From the sequence record OL362272.1: 44,545 nucleotides of DNA, one strand, 5' to 3'. This document shows, piece by piece, positions 1 through 8,810 of this stretch. Made by a program: the position numbers and the translations under genes. The notes beneath the pieces are model-generated. The model did no database searches. It saw only the letters and a program-made list of their open reading frames with translations, and was not told the DNA's origin. Source of the DNA: Escherichia phage 6948. Every line of letters begins with the position of its first letter. Within the stretch, counting starts at the first letter, position 1.

Positions 1-300
1 TTGAGCGTACACAATAAACATGCAGCTACAGAGGATGAGGTTGGCATTCTGCATGGTGCTATTACCAAAATCTTCAATAAGAAAGCACAGGCAATACTGG
101 ACACTATAGAAGAAGACCCTGATGCAGCATTACATTTAGTGTCTGGTAAGGATATTGGTGCGATGTGTAAGTGGGTTCTTGATAACGGCATTACCGCCAC
201 ACCTGCTGCACAGCAGGAAGAGTCCAAGTTATCTAAGCGCCTCAAGGCTATCCGAGAGGCATCCAGTGGTAAGATAATTCAATTCACTAAGGAGGATTGA
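1..300 (+). CDS. terminase small subunit, 3' portion (5' end lies outside the window)
   Basis: Open frame runs from window start to TGA at 298-300, overlapping the large-terminase ATG (ATGA). Assignment is by position immediately upstream of the large subunit as in T7 gene 18/19; no diagnostic motif recognised. Confidence 0.45.
   Translation: MSVHNKHAATEDEVGILHGAITKIFNKKAQAILDTIEEDPDAALHLVSGKDIGAMCKWVLDNGITATPAAQQEESKLSKRLKAIREASSGKIIQFTKED
92..114 (+). promoter_or_regulatory. phage-RNAP promoter (inside the small-terminase gene)
   Basis: CAATACTGGACACTATAGAAGAA; matches the window consensus ATTTACYGGACACTATAGAAG except at -17 to -14. Confidence 0.5.
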
Positions 301-2198
301 TGGCTAAGGCAAGAGAATCACAAGCGGAGGCTCTTGCCAGATGGGAGATGCTACAGGAGTTACAGCAGACCTTTCCTTACACAGCGGAAGGTTTGCTTCT
401 CTTTGCAGATACAGTTATTCATAACTTAATTGCAGGCAACCCTCATCTGATTCGTATGCAGGCTGATATCTTGAAGTTCCTATTTTACGGACACAAGTAC
501 CGCCTCATCGAAGCGCCTCGTGGTATCGCTAAGACAACACTATCAGCAATCTATACGGTATTCCGTATTATTCATGAACCGCATAAGCGTATCATGGTTG
601 TGTCCCAAAACGCCAAGCGAGCAGAGGAAATCGCAGGTTGGGTAGTTAAAATCTTCCGTGGCTTAGACTTTCTTGAGTTTATGCTGCCGGATATCTACGC
701 TGGGGATCGTGCATCCGTTAAGGCGTTTGAGATTCATTACACCCTACGTGGTAGTGATAAGTCTCCTTCTGTATCTTGTTACTCAATCGAAGCAGGTATG
801 CAGGGTGCTCGTGCTGATATTATTCTAGCGGATGACGTAGAGTCGATGCAGAACGCTCGTACGGCAGCGGGCCGTGCCTTGCTTGAGGAACTGACTAAGG
901 AGTTTGAATCTATCAACCAGTTTGGGGATATCATTTACCTTGGTACACCTCAGAACGTAAACTCTATCTACAACAACCTACCTGCTCGTGGTTACTCTGT
1001 TCGTATCTGGACTGCGCGTTACCCTTCAGTAGAGCAAGAGCAATGTTATGGCGACTTCCTTGCACCTATGATTGTTCAAGATATGAAGGACAACCCAGCA
1101 CTTCGCTCAGGGTACGGGTTGGATGGTAATAGTGGTGCACCTTGTGCCCCTGAAATGTATGATGATGAAGTTCTGATTGAGAAGGAAATCTCTCAGGGTG
1201 CTGCTAAGTTCCAGCTTCAGTTCATGCTTAACACTCGCATGATGGATGCTGACAGATACCCATTACGCCTGAACAATCTAATCTTCACCTCGTTTGGTAC
1301 AGAGGAAGTCCCTGTGATGCCTACGTGGAGTAATGATTCCATAAACATCATTGGTGATGCACCTAAGTATGGTAACAAGCCTACGGATTTCATGTACAGA
1401 CCTGTAGCTCGCCCATATGAATGGGGTGCTGTCTCCCGCAAGATTATGTATATTGACCCTGCGGGTGGCGGTAAGAATGGGGATGAGACGGGTGTGGCCA
1501 TCGTATTCCTGCACGGCACATTCATTTATGTGTATCAGTGCTTTGGTGTACCTGGCGGATACCGAGAATCGTCCCTGAATCGCATTGTGCAGGCCGCAAA
1601 GCAGGCGGGTGTTAAAGAGGTATTCATTGAGAAGAACTTTGGTCATGGCGCGTTTGAGGCGGTAATTAAGCCGTACTTTGAACGAGAGTGGCCTGTAACT
1701 CTGGAAGAAGATTACGCCACCGGACAGAAAGAATTGCGTATCATTGAGACGCTGGAGCCGCTCATGGCAGCCCATAGGCTTATCTTCAATGCAGAGATGG
1801 TGAAGTCAGACTTTGAGTCGGTACAGCACTATCCGCTTGAACTACGCATGTCCTACAGTCTTTTCAATCAAATGTCGAACATAACGATTGAGAAGAACAG
1901 CCTCCGGCACGATGACCGCCTAGACGCCCTGTATGGCGCTATCCGGCAATTAACTTCTCAGATAGACTATGACGAGGTTACACGGATTAATCGCCTCAGA
2001 GCGCAGGAGATGCGAGATTACATCCATGCTATGAACACACCTCATCTACGCAGGGCAATGCTATATGGGGATTACGGTACTGAGCGAAGAGTGACCAACA
2101 CTTCCGTAGCGATGCAGCAGCGAGTTTACGGGCAGAACTACCGAAATAAATCGGCAAGCAGAAATACACTTTCTGCAAGGATTTCAAGGACTTATTAA
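300..2198 (+). CDS. terminase large subunit (DNA maturase B)
   Basis: 632 aa; Walker A-like segment EAPRGIAKTT near the N-terminus, acidic nuclease-type segments (ILADDVES, MYIDPAGGG), size and position typical of T7 gp19-like terminases; RBS GGAGG before ATG 300. Confidence 0.9.
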   Translation: MAKARESQAEALARWEMLQELQQTFPYTAEGLLLFADTVIHNLIAGNPHLIRMQADILKFLFYGHKYRLIEAPRGIAKTTLSAIYTVFRIIHEPHKRIMVVSQNAKRAEEIAGWVVKIFRGLDFLEFMLPDIYAGDRASVKAFEIHYTLRGSDKSPSVSCYSIEAGMQGARADIILADDVESMQNARTAAGRALLEELTKEFESINQFGDIIYLGTPQNVNSIYNNLPARGYSVRIWTARYPSVEQEQCYGDFLAPMIVQDMKDNPALRSGYGLDGNSGAPCAPEMYDDEVLIEKEISQGAAKFQLQFMLNTRMMDADRYPLRLNNLIFTSFGTEEVPVMPTWSNDSINIIGDAPKYGNKPTDFMYRPVARPYEWGAVSRKIMYIDPAGGGKNGDETGVAIVFLHGTFIYVYQCFGVPGGYRESSLNRIVQAAKQAGVKEVFIEKNFGHGAFEAVIKPYFEREWPVTLEEDYATGQKELRIIETLEPLMAAHRLIFNAEMVKSDFESVQHYPLELRMSYSLFNQMSNITIEKNSLRHDDRLDALYGAIRQLTSQIDYDEVTRINRLRAQEMRDYIHAMNTPHLRRAMLYGDYGTERRVTNTSVAMQQRVYGQNYRNKSASRNTLSARISRTY

Positions 2199-2219
2199 TT
2201 ACTGGACACTATAGAAGGA
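2197..2219 (+). promoter_or_regulatory. phage-RNAP promoter after the terminase gene
   Basis: AATTACTGGACACTATAGAAGGA. Confidence 0.7.
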
Positions 2220-2362
2220 AGGCCCAGATAATAAGAGAAATAATAGGTAATATATAGGTTAACCTAGGTTATATAGGTATGCCTTAGTGTGGGTGTACTC
2301 CTGTACACCCTATTCATTACTACCTTACTACCTTACTATATTTACATAATAGGAGAGAGACA

Positions 2363-2641
2363 ATGGCTAATGATTATAGTAGTCAACCATTAACAGGTAA
2401 GTCTAAGAGAAAGCAGGTACAACCTGTAAGTGAAGAACTAATGCTTCCGGTAATCAAAAAAGAGGAAGCTAGTAAGAAAAGCAATGTCATTAATGATGCC
2501 ACCAAATCAGGTAAACAGAAAGGGGCCATGGTGTGCCTTGAAGTGGAAGGTGGTGTATTGAAGATTGCTATCGCGGTTGATGGCAAAGAAGATTCAGAGT
2601 GGAAGTTAGTAACAGTGGAACCAGCTGTTAACCCAGTTTAA
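2363..2641 (+). CDS. hypothetical protein, tandem paralog A
   Basis: 92 aa, RBS AGGAGAGAG upstream; shares the block SGKQKGAMVxLE...IAxA with the next ORF. Confidence 0.5.
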   Translation: MANDYSSQPLTGKSKRKQVQPVSEELMLPVIKKEEASKKSNVINDATKSGKQKGAMVCLEVEGGVLKIAIAVDGKEDSEWKLVTVEPAVNPV

Positions 2642-2659
2642 GATAAGGAGGAAGATTAC

Positions 2660-2950
2660 ATGGCTAAATATGGTACTACAGGTTCTGTTACTGGTCAAGC
2701 TTTTCGAGTAAAAGCAGTACAAACTATTGCAACGGCGATCCCGATGCCTGTTGTTAAAGAAGCAGACCTTAAGAAGAAAGACCACCCTATCAACATCAAA
2801 CATTTATCAGGTAAACAGAAAGGTGCAATGGTTGCTCTTGAGAAAACTGACACAACTCTGCATATTGCTGTTGCACGTGGCAGTGAACCAACAGACCCAT
2901 GGGATGTAACTGGTATGGAAGAGGACGCTGTTACTCCAGCAGGGGAATAA
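2660..2950 (+). CDS. hypothetical protein, tandem paralog B
   Basis: 96 aa, RBS AAGGAGG upstream; shares SGKQKGAMVALE...HIAVA block with 2363-2641. Confidence 0.5.
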   Translation: MAKYGTTGSVTGQAFRVKAVQTIATAIPMPVVKEADLKKKDHPINIKHLSGKQKGAMVALEKTDTTLHIAVARGSEPTDPWDVTGMEEDAVTPAGE

Positions 2951-2952
2951 TA

Positions 2953-3297
2953 ATGCTTAATAAATACTTCAAGCGTAAAGAGTTTGCTTGCCGTTGTGGG
3001 TGCGGTACATCCACTGTTGATGCTGAATTACTACAGGTAGTCACAGATGTGCGTGAGCACTTTGGTTCTCCTGTAGTTATCACTTCGGGTCACCGCTGTG
3101 CTAAGCACAATGCTAATGTAGGAGGAGCTAAGAACTCCATGCATCTTACTGGTAAGGCTGCTGACATTAAGGTGTCTGGTGTTGGCCCAATGGAGGTACG
3201 TGCATACCTCTGCAATAAATACCATGATAAGTACGGTATTGGTGCTTATCCTACTTTTACCCATATCGACGTTAGAGATAACAAAGCAAGATGGTAA
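2953..3297 (+). CDS. endolysin, peptidase M15-type (zinc D-Ala-D-Ala carboxypeptidase / L-Ala-D-Glu peptidase fold)
   Basis: 114 aa from ATG 2953 (MLNKYFKRKEF...); motifs SGHRCxxHN, MHLTGKAADI, FTHIDV match the His/Asp zinc site of M15 peptidases. Confidence 0.8.
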   Translation: MLNKYFKRKEFACRCGCGTSTVDAELLQVVTDVREHFGSPVVITSGHRCAKHNANVGGAKNSMHLTGKAADIKVSGVGPMEVRAYLCNKYHDKYGIGAYPTFTHIDVRDNKARW

Positions 3298-3405
3298 GAT
3301 GCATTGAATGGTGTGAACGCATGGTTGCTAAGGCTTCAGAGGAAGGTAATTATGAAGATTGGCAGAACTACTCAACTTTATTAGCACAATGGAAAGGGAG
3401 GTGCA

Positions 3406-3555
3406 ATGAAAAAGCTGTTCAAATCTAAGAAGGTTGTAGGTGCACTAGTTGCATTGGCAATTGCTCTTGTTTCTGTAGGTCTTGGTGTAGACCTTGGCTC
3501 TGGCACGGAATCCTCTGTGACAGATGTGGTCTGCCAAGTGATCACCTGTGAATAA
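3406..3555 (+). CDS. small single-TM membrane protein, possible lysis accessory
   Basis: 49 aa, RBS GGGAGG 8 nt upstream; basic N-terminus then hydrophobic helix VVGALVALAIALVSVGLGV; absent from the ORF track because <60 aa. Confidence 0.35.
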   Translation: MKKLFKSKKVVGALVALAIALVSVGLGVDLGSGTESSVTDVVCQVITCE

Positions 3556-3769
3556 GTTTCTAGAAGTTCTGGCAGGTCTTATTGGCCTGCTTGTCTCTGC
3601 TAAGAAGAAACAAGAAGAGAAGGAGGCACAAAGTGAAGCGAATCATGTTAGTGACAACCCTTCTGATTGGTTCGCTGACCACTTCCGGGTGTCAGCAGGC
3701 GTTACCAGAGAAAGCAATGGTGAAACCCCTGAGGCCGACGCTGACGGCAGTTTACGAGGTAGACGATAA
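3548..3769 (+). CDS. putative i-spanin (Rz-like)
   Basis: 73 aa, GTG start overlapping the previous stop; N-terminal hydrophobic helix FLEVLAGLIGLLVSA then charged region; the o-spanin-like frame is partly embedded in it. Short for an Rz, so tentative. Confidence 0.35.
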   Translation: MNKFLEVLAGLIGLLVSAKKKQEEKEAQSEANHVSDNPSDWFADHFRVSAGVTRESNGETPEADADGSLRGRR

Positions 3770-3842
3770 GGTCTGCTTTAGTAAGCCTGACGCTACAAAA
3801 CTTGGTTTGTACATTCTCTCGCTAGAACGCGGATACAATTAA
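3633..3842 (+). CDS. putative o-spanin (Rz1-like outer-membrane lipoprotein)
   Basis: GTG start with AGGAGG 8 nt upstream; signal peptide KRIMLVTTLLIGSLTTSGC with lipobox LTTSG|C, Pro-containing short mature part; overlapped arrangement with the preceding frame is typical of Rz/Rz1. Confidence 0.55.
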   Translation: MKRIMLVTTLLIGSLTTSGCQQALPEKAMVKPLRPTLTAVYEVDDKVCFSKPDATKLGLYILSLERGYN

Positions 3843-3871
3843 TACATAGCTTTATGTATCAGTGTCTTACG

Positions 3872-3894
3872 ATTTACTGGACACTATAGAAGAG
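3872..3894 (+). promoter_or_regulatory. phage-RNAP promoter upstream of tailspike 1
   Basis: ATTTACTGGACACTATAGAAGAG. Confidence 0.75.
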
Positions 3895-3973
3895 GTAAGA
3901 TAGCGCCGTTCTTTTGAGCGGCCTATTACTAGCCAATCTTCATAGGGAGGGTTGGAAAGTAATAGGAGATAGC

Positions 3974-5872
3974 ATGGCTAAATTAACCAAACCTAATACT
4001 GAAGGAATCTTGCATAAAGGACAATCTTTGTATGAGTACCTTGATGCGAGAGTTTTAACATCAAAGCCGTTTGGTGCTGCAGGTGACGCCACTACTGATG
4101 ATACGGAGGTTATAGCTGCTTCATTAAACTCTCAGAAAGCTGTCACAGTCTCAGACGGTGTATTCTCTAGCTCTGGTATTAATAGTAATTACTGTAACTT
4201 AGACGGCAGGGGTAGTGGCGTGCTAAGTCACCGTTCAAGTACAGGTAACTACTTAGTATTTAACAATCTACGTGCAGGTCGCTTAAGTAATATTACGGTA
4301 GAAAGTAATAAGGCGACTGATACAACTCAGGGACAGCAGGTATCCCTTGCTGGTGGAAGTGATGTTACTGTAAGTGACGTTAACTTCTCAAACGTTAAAG
4401 GTACTGGTTTCAGTTTAATCGCATACCCTAATGATGCGCCACCGGATGGACTTATGATTAAAGGCATTCGAGGTAGCTATTCCGGCTATGCTACTAATAA
4501 GGCAGCCGGATGCGTACTTGCTGACTCCTCAGTTAACTCCCTCATAGATAACGTCATTGCTAAGAACTACCCTCAGTTCGGAGCAGTAGAGTTGAAAGGT
4601 ACAGCCAGTTACAACATAGTCAGTAATGTTATAGGGGCAGATTGCCAGCATGTAACTTACAACGGCACTGAAGGGCCAATAGCTCCTTCTAATAACCTTA
4701 TCAATGGGGTGATGGCTAATAACCCTAAGTATGCAGCGGTTGTTGCAGGCAAAGGGAGTACTAACTTAATCTCAGACGTGCTCGTAGATTACTCAACTTC
4801 TGATGCTAGGCAGGCTCATGGTGTTACCGTAGAGGGATCTGATAACGTCATAAATAATGTGCTTATGTCAGGATGTGATGGTACTAACTCTTTAGGACAA
4901 GGGCAGACTGCTACAATTGCACGCTTTATAGGTACAGCTAATAACAACTATGCGTCTGTATTTCCTAGCTACAGTGCTACAGGTGTTATTACTTTCGAAT
5001 CCGGCTCTACCCGTAACTTCGTAGAGGTAAAGCACCCTGGCAGGAGAAACGACATTCTCAGTTCTGCTAGTACTATTGACGGTGCAGCTACTATTGACGG
5101 CACTAATAATAGTAACGTAGTGCACGCACCTGCCTTAGGGCAGTACATAGGTAGTATGTCAGGTAGGTTCGAATGGCGGATTAAGTCCATGTCACTCCCT
5201 TCAGGTGTTCTTACTTCTGCTGATAAGTACAGAATGCTTGGAGATGGTGCTGTGTCATTAGCTGTAGGTGGGGGCACTTCTTCTCAAGTTCGCCTATTTA
5301 CTTCTGATGGTACTTCTCGGACAGTGTCCATCACCAACGGTAACGTGCGTCTTTCTACCAGTAGCACAGGCTATTTGCAGTTAGGTGCTGATGCAATGAC
5401 CCCAGATAGTACTGGTACATACGCATTAGGTTCCGCCAGTCGAGCATGGTCTGGCGGTTTTACTCAAGCAGCATTCACTGTTACCTCAGATGCTCGGTGT
5501 AAAACAGAACCTCTTACTATCTCAGATGCATTACTAGATGCTTGGTCTGAAGTTGACTTTGTGCAGTTTCAGTATTTGGATCGTGTTGAGGAGAAGGGTG
5601 CAGACTCAGCTAGATGGCACTTCGGTATCATCGCTCAGCGAGCTAAGGATGCCTTCGAACGTCACGGTATAGATGCACATCGCTATGGCTTCTTGTGCTT
5701 CGACAGTTGGGATGATGTATACGAGGAAGATGCCAATGGCTCTCGTAAACTGATTACACCAGCAGGTTCCCGCTACGGTATTCGTTACGAGGAAGCACTG
5801 ATATTAGAGGCTGCGTTGATGCGGCGGACTATTAAGCGTATGCAGGAAGCACTAGCTTCCCTGCCTAAGTAA
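3974..5872 (+). CDS. tailspike 1: beta-helix capsule depolymerase with C-terminal intramolecular chaperone (peptidase S74-like) domain
   Basis: 632 aa from ATG 3974 (RBS AGGAG); Ser/Thr/Gly/Asn-rich beta-helix-like repeats; C-terminus TVTS-DARCK...LDAWSEVDFVQFQYLDR...WHFGIIAQ matches the autoproteolytic chaperone module of endosialidase/K5-lyase-type tailspikes. Confidence 0.85.
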   Translation: MAKLTKPNTEGILHKGQSLYEYLDARVLTSKPFGAAGDATTDDTEVIAASLNSQKAVTVSDGVFSSSGINSNYCNLDGRGSGVLSHRSSTGNYLVFNNLRAGRLSNITVESNKATDTTQGQQVSLAGGSDVTVSDVNFSNVKGTGFSLIAYPNDAPPDGLMIKGIRGSYSGYATNKAAGCVLADSSVNSLIDNVIAKNYPQFGAVELKGTASYNIVSNVIGADCQHVTYNGTEGPIAPSNNLINGVMANNPKYAAVVAGKGSTNLISDVLVDYSTSDARQAHGVTVEGSDNVINNVLMSGCDGTNSLGQGQTATIARFIGTANNNYASVFPSYSATGVITFESGSTRNFVEVKHPGRRNDILSSASTIDGAATIDGTNNSNVVHAPALGQYIGSMSGRFEWRIKSMSLPSGVLTSADKYRMLGDGAVSLAVGGGTSSQVRLFTSDGTSRTVSITNGNVRLSTSSTGYLQLGADAMTPDSTGTYALGSASRAWSGGFTQAAFTVTSDARCKTEPLTISDALLDAWSEVDFVQFQYLDRVEEKGADSARWHFGIIAQRAKDAFERHGIDAHRYGFLCFDSWDDVYEEDANGSRKLITPAGSRYGIRYEEALILEAALMRRTIKRMQEALASLPK

Positions 5873-5878
5873 GCAACA

Positions 5879-5901
5879 GGCAGTGCGTAAGCACTGCTTT
5901 T
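5879..5901 (+). terminator. intrinsic terminator between the tailspike genes
   Basis: Stem GGCAGTGC / GCACTGC(T), GTAA loop, then TTTT. Confidence 0.5.
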
Positions 5902-5958
5902 CACGCAACTTTTTCTTAAAGGTTATCATGGTGGTAGCCTTTCAGAAAAGGAGGTTAC

Positions 5959-7671
5959 ATGCTTCAAAGATTAAGTGCTTACTTGGTGAAGTACAAGAGT
6001 AAACTAACAGGTACTATTGAGCGCCTGCTATCTGATAAACTATCGGATACAATAGATGTTGCGGATTTTGGAGTTACTCCATCTTCCAATGACAACAGGC
6101 AAGCACTTCAAGCTGCGTTCAATGCAGTCAGAGTGTTAGGCGGTGGCACTGTATTAGTCACTAAAGCTGGAAAATACAAACTCAGTGGTACTGTTGAGAT
6201 ATTTGCTAATACACACTTCAAGGTGGCTAAAGGTGTAACATTTGTACGTGACTACGAAACAGGAGATACGCTATTCAGATTATCACAAGGGCAAGCTAGT
6301 AATGTAACAGTCAGTGGAGGTATCTATGAAGGCAATGGTCACACTAAGGGAGATACACCTTTTGTAGTATTTGCATCTACTAGTAATAATGATTTGAAGT
6401 TTGAAGGCATAACAGTTAACAATGTAGTGGACTACCACGCCATAGATTTAGCAGATTGGAACAACGTAGTTATTCGTGATTGTAAATTCCTAGGTTTTAA
6501 GAATACAGGCAGTCGTAACTTCTCAGAGGCTATACAGTTAGACCCAGGTCTTATTACAGTTGGTCACTATGTACAGTCAAGTGGTATGCTGGTGGAGAAT
6601 TGCTATGCTGGTCCAAACACAGAATCAGGGTTTGGAGGTTATGGTGCACTAATTGGAAATCACGCCTCAGCTTACGGTGTACAGGACAACAATATCCGTA
6701 TCTTGAATTGCACTACAGATGGTGCTCTCTTTGCAGGTGTACGTGTATTTAACTGGAAAAACTGGACAGTGCGTGGTTGCACATTTAGGAACTCTAATGC
6801 AAGAGGTGTCCATGTTACACCTGTCTCATCTCAGACTAAACCGCAGGGTACTCGACAAGGTAGTATTGTAGATTGCACTTTTGATGGCGTAAGGACACCA
6901 GTGCTAATTGCTGCACCATCTTGGCCTTTTACCGATATTAGTGACATTTGGCATGACCATATTGAAATTTCTAATAATACTATGATCCTCACAGAGGATG
7001 TATCCTATGGTGTAGATGCAAGGTGGTGTAAGAATTTAATTGTAAAAGGTAATACAGGCTCTGGTGGCTTAGGGTTAATCGGTTTACGCTTTGGGACAAA
7101 ATACCACATCGAAGGTAATACTTGGGAAAACGGAAGAGGTAGTGGGATTTGGTTAGGTGAGTCTGATGCTACTACATTCATTGGTACTGGTTTATCAGGA
7201 GAAGGTATACTTAGTCGTAATATCTTCTCTAAATTAGGGCAATATGGTATTCATGTAAACTGCAAGGCTAGCTGTCTAGTGATTAAAGCCAATAATATGA
7301 AGGAAGTATCTACAGCTGAAGCAGGTAGGCACTTCATTAGTATAGACACAGGGGCTAACAACATCCTAGTAGAAGGTAATATTGGAGTAGACGGAGAAAG
7401 CCCTAACAAGCCAAGCCTTGGTATTCGTGTTACTTCTTCTTGTTCCAATATTAAACTCATTGGCAATGATTGCTATGGCACACAGGCGCCTCAGAATAAC
7501 CAAGGAGTTGGTTCTAGTACGGTGATTGTTTATGGGCTAAATGGCAACCCTACAACTTTAGGCGTAGGTGCACCTGTAGGCTCTTTAGCAACTGATATCA
7601 ATGGTTCTGGTGGTAGTACATTGTACGTTAAAGAATCTGGTACATCTGCTCAAGGTTGGGTTGCAAAGTAG
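5959..7671 (+). CDS. tailspike 2: pectate-lyase-like right-handed beta-helix depolymerase
   Basis: 570 aa, RBS AAAGGAGG; N-terminal DVADFGVTPSSNDNRQALQAAF...GGGTVLV resembles the start of pectate-lyase-3/GH28-like phage depolymerases; repetitive NxxVxG/GN turns. Confidence 0.75.
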   Translation: MLQRLSAYLVKYKSKLTGTIERLLSDKLSDTIDVADFGVTPSSNDNRQALQAAFNAVRVLGGGTVLVTKAGKYKLSGTVEIFANTHFKVAKGVTFVRDYETGDTLFRLSQGQASNVTVSGGIYEGNGHTKGDTPFVVFASTSNNDLKFEGITVNNVVDYHAIDLADWNNVVIRDCKFLGFKNTGSRNFSEAIQLDPGLITVGHYVQSSGMLVENCYAGPNTESGFGGYGALIGNHASAYGVQDNNIRILNCTTDGALFAGVRVFNWKNWTVRGCTFRNSNARGVHVTPVSSQTKPQGTRQGSIVDCTFDGVRTPVLIAAPSWPFTDISDIWHDHIEISNNTMILTEDVSYGVDARWCKNLIVKGNTGSGGLGLIGLRFGTKYHIEGNTWENGRGSGIWLGESDATTFIGTGLSGEGILSRNIFSKLGQYGIHVNCKASCLVIKANNMKEVSTAEAGRHFISIDTGANNILVEGNIGVDGESPNKPSLGIRVTSSCSNIKLIGNDCYGTQAPQNNQGVGSSTVIVYGLNGNPTTLGVGAPVGSLATDINGSGGSTLYVKESGTSAQGWVAK

Positions 7672-7682
7672 TAGGAAGTTGA

Positions 7683-7832
7683 ATGCCATTAATCAAATCA
7701 GTTAAGCAAAGTGCTGTACGCCAGAACACAGAAGAACTTATTCAATCAGGACGTGACCCTAAGCAAGCCTATGCGATTGCCAAGGATGTACAACGTCGTG
7801 CTATGAAGAAACCTTCTGCATCTTCTGCGTAA
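7683..7832 (+). CDS. small hypothetical protein
   Basis: 49 aa basic peptide, RBS AGGAAG upstream; not in ORF track (<60 aa). Confidence 0.3.
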   Translation: MPLIKSVKQSAVRQNTEELIQSGRDPKQAYAIAKDVQRRAMKKPSASSA

Positions 7833-7902
7833 GCAGGTTAATATCTTAGTGTACACAAGGGCAGACCTAGGTTTGCTCTTAGTGTAATCCAAAGGAGGTA
7901 AC

Positions 7903-8031
7903 ATGCTGAAAGATGGTTGGGTTTCATATGACCCTACAGACCCTACGAATTGGCTACAGGTTATCGCTATAGCTTGTGCAGGTAGCCTATTGGCTGCCAT
8001 GATGTATTCATTATGGATGTACACAAAGTAA
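7903..8031 (+). CDS. small hydrophobic protein
   Basis: 42 aa, strong RBS AAAGGAGG 7 nt upstream; one predicted TM helix (LQVIAIACAGSLLAAMMYSLW). Confidence 0.35.
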   Translation: MLKDGWVSYDPTDPTNWLQVIAIACAGSLLAAMMYSLWMYTK

Positions 8032-8680
8032 CCAAAGTCAAAATTTTGATGTAGGCGTGTGTCAGCTCTCTCGCCCTCGCCCTCGCCGGGTTGCCCCCAT
8101 AGGGTGGCCTGAGGGAATCCGTCTTCGACGGGCAGGGCTGATGTACTCCTTGGATAGTACAAGGGGGGGCGGAGGGAACGCCTAGGGAGGCCCAGGAATG
8201 GCTTAGTGGTGGACAAGGTGATTACCTTAGTGAAGCCTCTTAGTGCAGTCCTGAGGCCATTCAGGGCCATTCCTGAGCGTTTGACAGGGTGGGAGGGTGT
8301 GGGCTATCTGTTCGTTTCGTTCACTCCGCTTGCGCTACGTTCACTCGCTCACGTGTACCTTAGGTTATTCCTTGATGGATAGCTTAGGTTAGCCTTAGTG
8401 GACTACCTTAGTTAAAGCCTTAGTGCTTCACTTAGTATCAGCTTAGTAGTGTGCCTTAGTAAGTCTTAGTGTCTTCTCTTAGTGATTGCACATGCAAGCA
8501 TGTAAGATGCCATTAGGTCGCGGTCGGTAGACCGCTAAAGAAGAAGTATAGTAATAAGATGCAGTAGGAGGAACACCAGAAACCTAGCCAACCTAGCCTA
8601 TCCTAGCTCTGTATCTATTGCTTTTCCTTAGTCTAACATGTGAGACAACCTAGATTTATCTTAGTGATGATATCTTAGTG

Positions 8681-8709
8681 TTGACAAGGCCATCTCAATA
8701 TAATACTAT
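8681..8709 (+). promoter_or_regulatory. candidate host sigma70 early promoter
   Basis: TTGACA (8681-8686), 17-nt spacer, TACTAT (8704-8709); upstream of the first early ORFs. Confidence 0.3.
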
Positions 8710-8781
8710 TCATCACGTAGGCAGCACTGAGGTGCTTAGTAGCCAGCTAGTAAGGCATACGAAGAGACTAGCGCTTACATT

Positions 8782-8794
8782 GCTCTTTAACAAT
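8782..8794 (+). promoter_or_regulatory. conserved early-region 13-mer GCTCTTTAACAAT (copy 1), candidate RNase III processing element
   Basis: Exact 13-mer occurs three times in the early region; the same motif sits just upstream of gene 0.3 in T7, as recalled. Confidence 0.3.
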
Positions 8795-8810
8795 TTGCTT
8801 AGTGTAACCT

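Noticed and set aside
1217-1775. Minus-strand ORFs (102 and 165 aa) inside the large-terminase gene
   Set aside because: Antisense to a confidently identified conserved gene; no independent support.
3291-3428. 45-aa ORF overlapping the endolysin stop and the start of the 49-aa membrane protein
   Set aside because: No recognisable RBS, overlaps a better-supported gene with a strong RBS, and has no distinctive features.
7746-8270. 174-aa minus-strand ORF across the terminus region
   Set aside because: Spans the GC-rich non-coding repeat block and overlaps two well-supported + strand small genes; Pro/Arg-rich translation without RBS.
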